Numbered from the stretch's first letter, positions 35,032 to 44,517 are shown. The stretch: DNA of 64,000 nt from an uncultured Candidatus Saccharibacteria bacterium (GCA_964616145.1 CAZTRD010000001.1:4024-68023); one strand, 5' to 3'. The notes: generated from the sequence alone by a model not told the origin. Translations and numbers: made by a program.

Positions 35032-35520
35032 TTACTTTCTGCACTTTAGTCCCTGGCTGCAACAAATTGCTACTCCCAGAGCATCTGCGGCATCGTCCGG
35101 CTTAGGCAAATTCTCAAGATCTAAAAGTGATTGAATTAATTTTTGTATTTGTTTCTTTTCCGCTCTTCCATATCCAGAAACCGCCATTTTAACTTCTACG
35201 GGAGAATACTCTACAACTGGTATCTTTTTCTTGGTAGCGGTTAAAATAATTACTCCCTTGGCCTGCGATACGGTGATAATGGTCTTTTGGTTTTTAAAAA
35301 AGAATATTCTTTCAACTGCCAGAATATCCGGCTTGTATTTGTTTATTATCTTTGCCAACTCTCTTTCTATTTCTTTTAATCTTTGTCCGTCAGATTTTTC
35401 TGGCAGGGTAGTGATACAACCATATGCCAAACATCGCAAACTCTTTTTGTTTTTTAAATCGATCTCTATTAAACCGTATCCAGTTGTTGCTGTTCCAGGA
35501 TCTATTCCCAGAATTATCAT
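35032..35520 (-). CDS. ruvC: Crossover junction endodeoxyribonuclease RuvC
   Basis: MIILGIDPGTATTGYGLIE...LAVERIFF...DAADALGVAIC. Confidence 0.9.
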   Translation of the reverse strand: MIILGIDPGTATTGYGLIEIDLKNKKSLRCLAYGCITTLPEKSDGQRLKEIERELAKIINKYKPDILAVERIFFFKNQKTIITVSQAKGVIILTATKKKIPVVEYSPVEVKMAVSGYGRAEKKQIQKLIQSLLDLENLPKPDDAADALGVAICCSQGLKCRK

Positions 35521-35522
35521 AT

Positions 35523-36248
35523 TTATTCTTTAAGATTAGAATAGAAATTTTGAACATCTTCGCTGTCGTCTAACGCCTCGAATAATTTCTCGGCAGCTGC
35601 CTTGTCATTATCATCAATAGATATCTCTTCGTTTGGAATCCATTCTAAACCAGAAGAAATAATCTTTACACCCTTTTTCTCGAAAGAATTTTTTATCCCT
35701 TCCGTATCGTTTGGTTTAGCTTGGATTTCTAAAATATCATCTCTCCAGATAACATTCTCTGCCCCGAACTCTATTGCTTCAAGTTCTAGATTATCTTTAT
35801 TCGCTTCAGGATTGTCTTCCAAAGAAATTCTTACAACTCCTTTTTGCTGAAATTGCCATCTTAGAGATCCTTCTTGAGCGAATTTTCCGTTTCTCTGGTT
35901 CAATATTTGTTTTATCTCAAGCATTGACCTATTCTTGTTATCTGTAATGCCTTCGATAATAATAGCGATTTTCCCTGGACCGATGGCTTCGTACAGAAAT
36001 TCTTCCAATTTTGATTCATCCTGCCCTCCAGCCGCTTTCTTAACGGCTCTTTCTATCGTATCGCTAGGCATATTAAACGATTTTGCCTGTTCTATGGCTA
36101 CCTTCAGTTTTGAATTTATCTCAGGATCCGTCCCTGTTTTTGCGGCAATAGAAATCATACGATTAAGCTTAGAAAATATCTTTGATCGTTTTTTATCCTC
36201 CAATCCCTTTTTGTGCTTTATCCCTGACCAATGGCTATGTCCAGACAT
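35523..36248 (-). CDS. yebC: YebC/PmpR-family transcriptional regulator
   Basis: MSGHSHWSGIKHKKGLEDKKRSKIFSKL... Confidence 0.9.
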   Translation of the reverse strand: MSGHSHWSGIKHKKGLEDKKRSKIFSKLNRMISIAAKTGTDPEINSKLKVAIEQAKSFNMPSDTIERAVKKAAGGQDESKLEEFLYEAIGPGKIAIIIEGITDNKNRSMLEIKQILNQRNGKFAQEGSLRWQFQQKGVVRISLEDNPEANKDNLELEAIEFGAENVIWRDDILEIQAKPNDTEGIKNSFEKKGVKIISSGLEWIPNEEISIDDNDKAAAEKLFEALDDSEDVQNFYSNLKE

Positions 36249-36257
36249 ATGTTTATT

Positions 36258-36869
36258 TTAATTCTTGATACTATATTTTTTTGACTTCAAATTCAAGTAT
36301 AAACTAAATACGCTGATAAAAGAAGATGTTGCAATTCCCCAAAGAAATATCCTCAAGAAATTTGATGGATTCCTTTCCTTGCTTTCCTGTATTTCTACAT
36401 CAGACAATACAACCTCTCTTTTTTCCAACAAAGAATTTTTCTTGCCAGGGGTTCCGTTGATCCCAGAACTTGTTTGCCAGCCATCATCGTTCCTTTCCAT
36501 TGTTCTTTTAGTTTCATTATCTCCAGCCGGCCACCCCGAAGAAAAATCCTGCTCGTCAACGATGTTATTAGAAGAATCTAAAAGAGTCAAGTGATTTCCT
36601 GTGTTTCTTAAATTTCCCTTCAATATATTGTTATATTCCATTTCTCTATTCTTTGAAATTACAAAAGAAGAATCAGGATCAATAATTCCTGATAAAATAG
36701 TTTTTGTATCATCTATCATTAAAACCCAATTATTCAGGTTAACAGGGGATTGGCCCTGGTTGTATAATTCGATCCATTCATTTCTCCAGTTGTTTGAATC
36801 TCCCATCCAAGCAACTTCATTTATCAAAACAGAAGGTTCCATTGCTAGAACAAAAATCAGAGAGAGCAT
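36258..36869 (-). CDS. Lamin-tail-domain (LTD) protein with a C-terminal membrane anchor
   Basis: 203 aa. VLINEVAWMGDSNNWRNEWIELYNQGQSPVNLNNW is typical of LTD domains. The C-terminal helix is IFLWGIATSSFISVFSLYL. Confidence 0.6.
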   Translation of the reverse strand: MLSLIFVLAMEPSVLINEVAWMGDSNNWRNEWIELYNQGQSPVNLNNWVLMIDDTKTILSGIIDPDSSFVISKNREMEYNNILKGNLRNTGNHLTLLDSSNNIVDEQDFSSGWPAGDNETKRTMERNDDGWQTSSGINGTPGKKNSLLEKREVVLSDVEIQESKERNPSNFLRIFLWGIATSSFISVFSLYLNLKSKKYSIKN

Positions 36870-37858
36870 TATAATAATTTAGGTTTTTTCTTTAAATAAT
36901 GATAGGCAGTTTCGCTGACAACCCTGCCCCTGGGAGTTCTTTTCAAAAAGCCAAGCTTTAGAAGATACGGTTCGTATATTTCCAAAAGATTAGCTTCCTC
37001 TTCAAATGCAGTAGCTGCCAGAGCTTGCAGCCCTACTGGTCCACCATTGAATTTTTGTATTATTGTTTCAAGTATTTGACGATCAGCCTGCTCTAATCCG
37101 AATTCGTCAATGCCTAAGGACTCTAATGTTTCCAGGGCAGTATTTTTATCTATCTTCTTTTTATTCTCCATTTGGGCAAAATCCCTGGATCTTTTTAATA
37201 ACCTATTGGCAATTCTTGGAGTAAATCTGGAACGGCTGGAAATTGTTTTTACAGCGTCATCTTCAATATCAATTCCCAGAACAGAAGCAGAGTTTTTAAT
37301 TATCTTTCCTATTTCCTCTTCATTGTAGAAATTCAATTGGAAAATTGCTCCAAACCTGCTGCGCAAAGGAGAGCTTAGCCCTGCTATTCTTGTTGTTGCT
37401 CCTATTAAAGTGAACTTAGGCAGCTTCAAATTAAGAGTTCTGGCCATAGGGCCTTTACCTATTATCAGATTAAGATGGAAATCTTCAAGAGATGGATATA
37501 GTATCTCTTCGCATATCCTGTTTAACCTATGGATTTCGTCAATGAATAGAACATCTCCCTGCTCAAGATTTGTAAGAATAGCTGCCAGATCTCCCGGCCT
37601 TTCTATGGCCGGTCCGGAAGTTACTTTAATATCCTTATCTATCTCCTGGGATATTAGATAAGCTAAGGTTGTTTTACCCAAACCAGCGCTTCCATAGAAT
37701 AATAAATGCTCTGGGGGCTCATTTCTTTTCTTAGCAGCTCCTAAAATGATTTTTAGATTGGATTTTATCCTTTCTTGGCCGATATAATCATCCCAGGCCT
37801 TTGGGCGTAGGGTATTGTCTAAAAAATCATCTCTTGTCTGCAACTGCTTGACATGCAT
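36869..37858 (-). CDS. ruvB: Holliday junction branch migration helicase RuvB
   Basis: LRPKAWDDYIGQERIK, Walker A GSAGLGKTTLA, Walker B VLFIDEIHRL. The start is set at the ATG at 37856-37858 (330 aa). The track ORF extends to a GTG at 37936, but that stretch is non-homologous and overlaps a structured element. Confidence 0.9.
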   Translation of the reverse strand: MHVKQLQTRDDFLDNTLRPKAWDDYIGQERIKSNLKIILGAAKKRNEPPEHLLFYGSAGLGKTTLAYLISQEIDKDIKVTSGPAIERPGDLAAILTNLEQGDVLFIDEIHRLNRICEEILYPSLEDFHLNLIIGKGPMARTLNLKLPKFTLIGATTRIAGLSSPLRSRFGAIFQLNFYNEEEIGKIIKNSASVLGIDIEDDAVKTISSRSRFTPRIANRLLKRSRDFAQMENKKKIDKNTALETLESLGIDEFGLEQADRQILETIIQKFNGGPVGLQALAATAFEEEANLLEIYEPYLLKLGFLKRTPRGRVVSETAYHYLKKKPKLL

Positions 37859-37883
37859 AGTAATATCTGTTATTATATAGGAA

Positions 37884-37996
37884 GTCCCTGATTGTAAAGG
37901 GATTTTCCTTAGAAAAGGATGGTTGAGTTTCGGCACGACCTCTCCTCAGGAAAATCCTGGTCTAGCGCTCAGCGCACAGAAATTCCAATCAGGGAT
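37884..37996 (-). other. Nested inverted-repeat element / structured leader between the pilB-like gene and ruvB
   Basis: Outer pair 37886-37894 CCCTGATTG with 37986-37994 CAATCAGGG. Inner pair 37900-37908 GGATTTTCC with 37949-37957 GGAAAATCC. Small hairpin GCGC-TCA-GCGC at 37965-37975. Confidence 0.5.
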
Positions 37997-38005
37997 CTTA
38001 AATTT

Positions 38006-39313
38006 TTACTCCATTGCTACTCTTTCCACCTCTTCTATTGTTGTTAAGCCGTCCAATACTTTAATAATTCCGTCCTGATACATAGAAACGAACCCCTTTC
38101 CTTTAGCCATTTTGGTGATTTCTGGAACTGAGGGGTTTTTTAATACTAAATCTTTCAAATCATTGTCCATACGTATTGCTTCAAATAGAGCGACTCTTCC
38201 TTTATAGCCGGTAAAATTGCAGGATTTGCATTTTTTTGGCTTCTTTACCATTATTTTCTTCTTTTCCACGGTTTTCCTCAATGGTTCGGGCAAGTTCTTA
38301 ATAGCTTCCTTTATCTTTTCCAGTTCTTCCTCGGTTGGTTTTTCTTCCATGCCGCAGAATGGACAAACTCTTCTCACTAATCTTTGAGCTACAGCTATAT
38401 TAATGGCCGGGGCTATGTTTATCACTCTAGCCCCCAGAGAAGTCAATCTTGGGATGGCGCCTGCAGCGTCATTGGTATGCAGAGTAGATAGAACTAGGTG
38501 TCCGGTAAGAGCGGATTGTATTGCTATTTCCGCTGTTTCCAGATCTCTGATTTCACCAACCAGGATTACATCGGGATCTTGTCTGACAATAGCTCTCAAG
38601 CCACTGGCAAAAGTATATCCTCTCTGGGTGTGAACTTCTGTTTGAGAAATACCATCAAGTCGGTATTCGATAGGATCTTCTATTGTTACTATCTTAATCT
38701 CCGGTTTTCTAATATAGCTTAAGAAAGCATAAAGGGTTGTAGTTTTACCAGAACCAGTGGGTCCTGTAACGATTATCATTCCATTTGGTTTTTTAATCTC
38801 ATTCTGGAAAACTTCTAGAAGATCCTGTCTTAATCCTAAATCAGTTATACTTTTCAAGCTTTCAGGATTTAAGATTCTCATTACTACTGTTTCTCCATAG
38901 TCAGCAGGCAGGGAAGACGTTCTTATCTCAATTTCCTTTATTCCTCTGCTGGTGGAAATGACTATTGAAAAACTTCCATCTTGTGGTTTGTCATATATAT
39001 TCAACTTTAATCCGGCCAAAAGCTTAAGTCTTGATAGGATCATTTGATATACATCCAAAGGAATATTTAAAGTATCCTGGAGCATTCCATCTAACCTGAT
39101 CCTCATTTTCACATCATTTTCTGTCGGCTCCAGATGGATATCGGAAGCATTAAGATTTATTGATCCAGCCAATATTATATTAATTAAAATGCTTACGTCT
39201 TGTTGAAAGTATTCTGCAGAAACTTTCTCGAAGGCCTCAACATTGATGATTTTCTCCTTAGCAATATTAGCTATATCCTCGGGAATTTCCACTAGATCAG
39301 TAATTTTTGTCAT
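38006..39313 (-). CDS. pilB: GspE/PilB-family secretion/pilus ATPase (short form)
   Basis: 435 aa with Walker A GPTGSGKTTTLYA, GEIRD, and the tetracysteine motif CPFCG...CKSCNFTGYKGR. Confidence 0.85.
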   Translation of the reverse strand: MTKITDLVEIPEDIANIAKEKIINVEAFEKVSAEYFQQDVSILINIILAGSINLNASDIHLEPTENDVKMRIRLDGMLQDTLNIPLDVYQMILSRLKLLAGLKLNIYDKPQDGSFSIVISTSRGIKEIEIRTSSLPADYGETVVMRILNPESLKSITDLGLRQDLLEVFQNEIKKPNGMIIVTGPTGSGKTTTLYAFLSYIRKPEIKIVTIEDPIEYRLDGISQTEVHTQRGYTFASGLRAIVRQDPDVILVGEIRDLETAEIAIQSALTGHLVLSTLHTNDAAGAIPRLTSLGARVINIAPAINIAVAQRLVRRVCPFCGMEEKPTEEELEKIKEAIKNLPEPLRKTVEKKKIMVKKPKKCKSCNFTGYKGRVALFEAIRMDNDLKDLVLKNPSVPEITKMAKGKGFVSMYQDGIIKVLDGLTTIEEVERVAME

Positions 39314-39314
39314 G

Positions 39315-40394
39315 TTATCTTAAAGCTTTTAATAATTGATTCTGAGCTGTTTGCAGATCAACAAACGGAACGGAAAAGATGACTCTGTCTTGTTTCACGC
39401 CTCCATTAAAGTATTCAGCCACCCTTTTTGTTTTTGAATTGTCTGCTGAATACATTATACCGCCAACAGCATTTTCTGTCTTCCATAACAGGACAAAAGA
39501 GGGAAGAAAGAATTCTTCCGTGCGTAAAAAATTGACAGCAGATAATACATCAGATTTTTCCCTTATCTTATTCTTTGGAATTACAATAATGGGCATGCCT
39601 AATGTTTTATTCAGATTGATGTTGGATAAAACCAGTTCTATTATCTCTTTCTCCTTTTGATCAAAATTGGCATTTAAAAGAGAAGGGATTTTTCTAACCT
39701 CAGCTCCTTTATTCTTCAGATAGATCAAAGACCTTAAAGAATCCACAGTAATGCCCCTTCCTTTATGATAATTCAATATCCCCCAAAAAAGATTAGTTGC
39801 CATGTCCTGGTCAATGATGCTTTGGTTGATCGATTTGATCAGTTTTATCACCAATCCGGAGAAAGAAGAATTTTCTTCAACAATATTGATTTTTCCATAT
39901 TCCTGATTTTTCGGATGGTTATCCAGATTTAAAATCGGCTTCTGGGAAAAGAATTTAAAATTTGTTTCATAAAAATCATCTAAGGATTCCAATGATTTTA
40001 TCCCGAGAGTTATTACCAAATCTGGTTCAAACTCATGATCCTCGTCCAGATGAGAAAAATGTATATCATCAGTTTTAATATCTCCATCAGTAATAGTCAA
40101 AAAGAGTTTCAACTCCCTGGGGCTTTTTTGATAATATATATCAGAAATGATCCCCGCATCATTATTAATAGTGAGGATAAAGTTCTTTAAGTCCTTGACA
40201 GGAGAAGCTAAGATTGGAAAATGAGCAGCTATCTCTTGAGGATGGCAATTTACAATCTTCCCGATTTTCTTTAGAGTATAAAAAAGGGAAGCAGTGGCAA
40301 CCAGGAAATCAAAACTATTCTTGGTCTTATCACAGACCAAGAGTATGCGAGAGCTGTTATCCAATATATGTTTAATTTCTGGTATTTCTGCCAT
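39315..40394 (-). CDS. Degenerate DHH/DHHA1 (NrnA-like) family protein, catalytic motifs not conserved
   Basis: 359 aa. LNLDNHPKNQEYG stands in place of the DHH motif, ATNLFWGILNYHKG in place of GIxTDTG, and FNGGVKQDRV in place of GGGH. The assignment is by weak pattern similarity only. Confidence 0.4.
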   Translation of the reverse strand: MAEIPEIKHILDNSSRILLVCDKTKNSFDFLVATASLFYTLKKIGKIVNCHPQEIAAHFPILASPVKDLKNFILTINNDAGIISDIYYQKSPRELKLFLTITDGDIKTDDIHFSHLDEDHEFEPDLVITLGIKSLESLDDFYETNFKFFSQKPILNLDNHPKNQEYGKINIVEENSSFSGLVIKLIKSINQSIIDQDMATNLFWGILNYHKGRGITVDSLRSLIYLKNKGAEVRKIPSLLNANFDQKEKEIIELVLSNINLNKTLGMPIIVIPKNKIREKSDVLSAVNFLRTEEFFLPSFVLLWKTENAVGGIMYSADNSKTKRVAEYFNGGVKQDRVIFSVPFVDLQTAQNQLLKALR

Positions 40395-40446
40395 ACGCCT
40401 ATTGTTAAACTACATGTTTATCATCAAAAAGTCAACCCGCCAGATT

Positions 40447-40959
40447 ATGTCAAAAAAAATTAAAATTATATCCAAATCATCTTTACAAACTCAAGAAATC
40501 GGTAAGATAATTGCCAGAGCTTTGTCTAAAAAGTCCTTTTTTAAAAAAGCATTAGTGGTAGGACTGAAAGGAGAGCTGGGGGGCGGGAAGACTACTTTCA
40601 TCCAAGGATTTGCCAAGGGATTAGATGTTAAAGAAAAGATTTTAAGCCCTACTTTTGTAATAATGAAGAATTTTTCCATTCAAACAGGGAAATTCAGAAA
40701 ACTATATCATTTTGATGTATATCGCATTAGCAAGATTTCGGAATTAAAACTTCTTGAATTCAAAAATGTGCTGTCTAATCCTAAAAATATAGTTTTAATT
40801 GAATGGGTTGATTTGATTAAAAAGGCTGTTCCTAAAAGATCCATTACATTTACCTTTTCATTTATAGATGAGAATACGAGAAAAATAGTGATAGAAATAC
40901 CCAATGATATTTTTAATCAATTAAAAATGTTAAAATTAGATACATATGGAAGAGAATAA
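40447..40959 (+). CDS. tsaE: tRNA t6A37 biosynthesis ATPase TsaE
   Basis: VVGLKGELGGGKTTFIQGFAKGL...SPTFVIMKNF...LYHFDVYRI. The start is set at the ATG at 40447. The track ORF's 5' extension overlaps the divergent gene. Confidence 0.8.
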   Translation: MSKKIKIISKSSLQTQEIGKIIARALSKKSFFKKALVVGLKGELGGGKTTFIQGFAKGLDVKEKILSPTFVIMKNFSIQTGKFRKLYHFDVYRISKISELKLLEFKNVLSNPKNIVLIEWVDLIKKAVPKRSITFTFSFIDENTRKIVIEIPNDIFNQLKMLKLDTYGRE

Positions 40960-41860
40960 AAGATTGATGGTGATAGATGGGAACGCTCTTGTTCATAGGG
41001 CATATCACGCCTTACCACCCTTGACTACTAAAAGTGGGAAATTAGTGAATGCCGTATACGGTTTTCTATTGGTGTTTTTTAGAGCGATAAAGGATTTTAA
41101 ACCAGCATATATTGCCGCTACATTTGATTTGCCTGCTCCGACATTCAGGGATGGAATATATGATGGGTATAAGGCAAAAAGACCAAAAGCTCCAGATGAA
41201 CTATATAATCAGCTGCCTGAGGTTAAAAAGATTCTAAAGGCCATGGGGATTAAAATATATGAGGTGGCTGGTTTTGAAGCAGACGATACGATAGGAACCA
41301 TTGCCACAATGGCTCAGAAGCAACAGATATTTCCTCCCATAGAGACCATTATCGTTACAGGCGACTTAGACACCCTTCAGTTGATAGATGATAACACCAA
41401 AGTGTTTACTTTGAGAAAGGGAGTTAAAGATGCCATTTTGTATGATAGAAATTCTGTTATGGAAAGATACGGTTTAGGTCCGGAAAGGATTGTTGATTTT
41501 AAGGCCTTAAGAGGAGATCCGTCAGATAATATTCCGGGAGTAGCTGGTATAGGAGAAAAGACGGCCGCTAGTTTGATAAAAGAATTTTTGACCATAGAAA
41601 ATATATATCAGGCAATAGAAAATAATACGGAAAGCTCTAAAAATATTTCTGACAAGATAAAAGAAAAATTAAGGGTCTGTAAAGAAGAAGCGTTCTTCTC
41701 AAAAGCATTAGCCGAAATTAGAAAAGACGCGCCGATAGATTTTGTTCTAGAGGATTGCCATCTAGACCATTTTGACAGGGGGAAAACAGAAGAAGTCTTG
41801 AAAGAGTTTGAATTTTTCACACTCATTAATAGATTGCCAGACATTTTCCCCAGCAATTAG
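40946..41860 (+). CDS. 5'-3' exonuclease (Pol I N-terminal/FEN-like, stand-alone)
   Basis: LMVIDGNALVHRAYHALPPL...GFEADDTIGT...LRGDPSDNIPGVAGIGEKTA. Confidence 0.85.
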   Translation: MEENKRLMVIDGNALVHRAYHALPPLTTKSGKLVNAVYGFLLVFFRAIKDFKPAYIAATFDLPAPTFRDGIYDGYKAKRPKAPDELYNQLPEVKKILKAMGIKIYEVAGFEADDTIGTIATMAQKQQIFPPIETIIVTGDLDTLQLIDDNTKVFTLRKGVKDAILYDRNSVMERYGLGPERIVDFKALRGDPSDNIPGVAGIGEKTAASLIKEFLTIENIYQAIENNTESSKNISDKIKEKLRVCKEEAFFSKALAEIRKDAPIDFVLEDCHLDHFDRGKTEEVLKEFEFFTLINRLPDIFPSN

Positions 41861-41898
41861 TTAAAAAGAAAGTTACTTTTGTGATATGATAGTAAAAT

Positions 41899-42546
41899 AT
41901 GGCTAAAGTTAATTCTAAGAAGACAAGCATCTTTTGGAAAGTTTTTTGGGGTGTTTTGTTAATAGCCATTTTTTCTAATATTGTTTTCGCTTACATCATA
42001 TACAATGCCTATGAAGGCATAATGGTTCAGATAAGACCGTTTCTTTCTCCGGAATTCTTTTCAAGCATAGAGGTCAGCATTAATTCAACATGGCTCATTG
42101 CCGCATCCTCGTTTCTTTTTGTAATAGTAATGGCCATTTTGTTTACAGTGCTATTCACTGGAAGAATTTTGAAACCTTTAAAACAATTATTAGATGTCGT
42201 TCAGGAAGTAGGAAAGGGAAATCTGGATGTTAAGGCGATAATTAAAGCAAGAGATGAAATAGGAGATTTGGCTGACGAGTTCAATCTCATGATTGATAAA
42301 TTAAGGACTGCCAGAGAAGCCATTCAAGAAGAGAAGAATATCCTTGAGATCAAGGTTAGGGCCAGAACAAATGAGTTGCAGGAGTTAGCTCAGTCATTGG
42401 ATGAAAAGGTCAAGGAAAGAACTAAAGAATTACAGGAAAGAATAGAAGAACTTGAGAGATTCCATCGTCTGACAGTAGGCAGAGAATTGAAGATGCTGGA
42501 ACTTAAGAAAGAAAACGAAAAATTAAGAGACAAGGATAAACAATAA
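41899..42546 (+). CDS. Membrane-anchored HAMP-domain protein with coiled coil (sensor half of a split kinase?)
   Basis: 215 aa with two helices and a HAMP domain (ILKPLKQLLDVVQEVGKGNLDV...DEIGDLADEFNLMIDKL). A TAATG overlap links it to the kinase gene. Confidence 0.7.
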   Translation: MAKVNSKKTSIFWKVFWGVLLIAIFSNIVFAYIIYNAYEGIMVQIRPFLSPEFFSSIEVSINSTWLIAASSFLFVIVMAILFTVLFTGRILKPLKQLLDVVQEVGKGNLDVKAIIKARDEIGDLADEFNLMIDKLRTAREAIQEEKNILEIKVRARTNELQELAQSLDEKVKERTKELQERIEELERFHRLTVGRELKMLELKKENEKLRDKDKQ

Positions 42547-44105
42547 TGGCATTCTTTAAAAAAATATTTGCCAACACAGAAGGATTAGAAACAGAAGTAC
42601 ATAACAAACAACAAGAGTTATTGTTTTTACAGTCAAAAATAGAAAAACTATGGGGATTCTTGCCGATAGCTGTTTGTGAGATTAATGCAGAAGGAATAAT
42701 CAAAGAAGGGAATGACGAATTCTTTAAACTTTTTAATATATATAAAGAAGGGAATTATCATAAATCCCTTAGCGATTTGCTTATAGAAAAAGGATCTTTC
42801 GAGGAATTCTTAAAGAACCAGAATATTGATAATAAAGAGTTTGCATTTTACAATGCTGAGAATAAAAGAATATATGTGCAGATATATAAGACAAATATAG
42901 ATAGCAGCGCTAATACATTTATCTGTTTCTACAACATATCTGATGTGAGAAATCTCAAATCAGATATGGAAGAAAAAATCAGGGTTAGAACAAAAGACAT
43001 AGAGGACTCCAGAGTAGCTCTTCTTAATATGCTTGAAGATACGGAAGAAGCTAGGGCAAGAGTAGAAGAGGAAAAGGTAAAAACAGAAACTATCTTTACA
43101 AATTTCGTTGATGGCCTTTTGGTGTTCAATTTGAATCAAGAGTTGAATCTGATTAACTCCGAAGCCGAGAAGTTCTTGGATATTAAGGGAGAGAAATTCA
43201 TCGGCAAGAATTTTCCTGAATTAAAAAAAGAGAAAAATCTAAAATCTCTTTTTGCGATTCTTGGCAGTGAAATGAAAGAAATGTTTCGCCAGGAGTTGAT
43301 CATTTCTCCAGATTTGATTTTAGAAGTAACCTCTGTATTCATTACCGCAGGGAAGAAAAAGATATCTTTTCTCGTCATTCTACATGACGTAACCAGAGAA
43401 AGATTTATCGAGGACCTTAAAAGTCAATTTGTGACGGTGGCTGCTCATCAGCTCCGCACCCCATTGTCAATAATCAAATGGGGATTGGGTATGCTTTTGG
43501 GCGGAGACGTGGGGAAAATTTCTAAGGATCAAAAGGACCTTTTAGGCAAAACATTTCAAACAAACGAAAGAATGATTAAACTCGTTAATGATCTGTTGAA
43601 TGTTTCCAAGATTGAAGAAGGGAAATATCTCTATCAACCAAAAACAGTAGATATGGAAGATTTGGTCAGACAAATCTGTGCGTCTTCTCAAGATATAGTT
43701 GAGAAGAGGAAAATCAATCTTACTATTGAGATAGAGGATAGCGGTCTTAAAAAAACCATTAAAGCGGATGAGGAAAAAATGGCTTTGGCGATAAAGAACC
43801 TGCTAGATAACGCTATCAATTACACAGAGGCCAAAGGGAAGATCACTATTAAAATGACTAAAGAAAAGGATAAAATTAATTTGTCCATTTCAGATACGGG
43901 AGTCGGTATCCCGGAAAAACAACAAGATAGAGTATTCTCCAAATTCTTCAGAGGGTCTAACGTGGTAAAAATGGAAACAGACGGTACTGGTTTAGGCCTT
44001 TTCATCGCTAAAAATATCATTGAGGCGCATAATGGAAAAATATCCTTTAAGTCAAAGGAAGGAGAAGGAACAACATTTTTCATTGTCTTGCCTGCTGCTG
44101 ACTGA
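42546..44105 (+). CDS. Cytoplasmic PAS-HisKA-HATPase sensor histidine kinase
   Basis: H-box VAAHQLRTPLS, N-box LLDNAINYT, G-boxes DTGVGIP and GTGLGLFIAKNIIEAHNG. No TM segment of its own. Confidence 0.85.
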   Translation: MAFFKKIFANTEGLETEVHNKQQELLFLQSKIEKLWGFLPIAVCEINAEGIIKEGNDEFFKLFNIYKEGNYHKSLSDLLIEKGSFEEFLKNQNIDNKEFAFYNAENKRIYVQIYKTNIDSSANTFICFYNISDVRNLKSDMEEKIRVRTKDIEDSRVALLNMLEDTEEARARVEEEKVKTETIFTNFVDGLLVFNLNQELNLINSEAEKFLDIKGEKFIGKNFPELKKEKNLKSLFAILGSEMKEMFRQELIISPDLILEVTSVFITAGKKKISFLVILHDVTRERFIEDLKSQFVTVAAHQLRTPLSIIKWGLGMLLGGDVGKISKDQKDLLGKTFQTNERMIKLVNDLLNVSKIEEGKYLYQPKTVDMEDLVRQICASSQDIVEKRKINLTIEIEDSGLKKTIKADEEKMALAIKNLLDNAINYTEAKGKITIKMTKEKDKINLSISDTGVGIPEKQQDRVFSKFFRGSNVVKMETDGTGLGLFIAKNIIEAHNGKISFKSKEGEGTTFFIVLPAAD

Positions 44106-44121
44106 GTGATATAATAAATAT

Positions 44122-44499
44122 ATGGCAAAGAAGATACTAATAATAGAAGACGAAGAACTATTATCAGAATTATTAAGGAAAAAATTCTTAGGTTTGGGAT
44201 TTGATGTTTTTATCGCCGAAGATGGAGAAAAAGGAGTTCAATCAATAAGAGAAGTAAATCCAGATTTGGTTCTATTAGACATCATCATGCCAAAAATGAG
44301 TGGGTTTGAAGTTCTCAAAATTGTAAGACAGGATCCAGTGATTGCTAATACTAAAATCATGGTAATTTCTAATTCTGGCCAACCGGTAGAATTGGATAAA
44401 GCCAAGGCGCTAGGGGCCGTAGATTGGCTAATCAAAACAGAATTTGACCCTAATGAAGTAGTGCAAAAGGCTATGAATCTAATCGGTCCAGCTAATTAA
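44122..44499 (+). CDS. Single-domain response regulator (receiver only)
   Basis: 125 aa: KILIIEDEE...DLVLLDIIMPKMSG...ISN...K. Confidence 0.85.
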   Translation: MAKKILIIEDEELLSELLRKKFLGLGFDVFIAEDGEKGVQSIREVNPDLVLLDIIMPKMSGFEVLKIVRQDPVIANTKIMVISNSGQPVELDKAKALGAVDWLIKTEFDPNEVVQKAMNLIGPAN

Positions 44500-44517
44500 T
44501 CTAATTTAAATAAAAAT

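Noticed and set aside
37859-37936. GTG-initiated 26-codon N-terminal extension of RuvB given by the ORF track
   Set aside because: It has no similarity to RuvB N-termini, while RuvB of canonical length starts at the ATG at 37856-37858. The stretch is occupied by nested inverted repeats.
40294-40446. 5' extension of the TsaE ORF
   Set aside because: It overlaps the divergent DHH-like gene by 100 nt, and TsaE homology starts at MSKKIKII (ATG at 40447).
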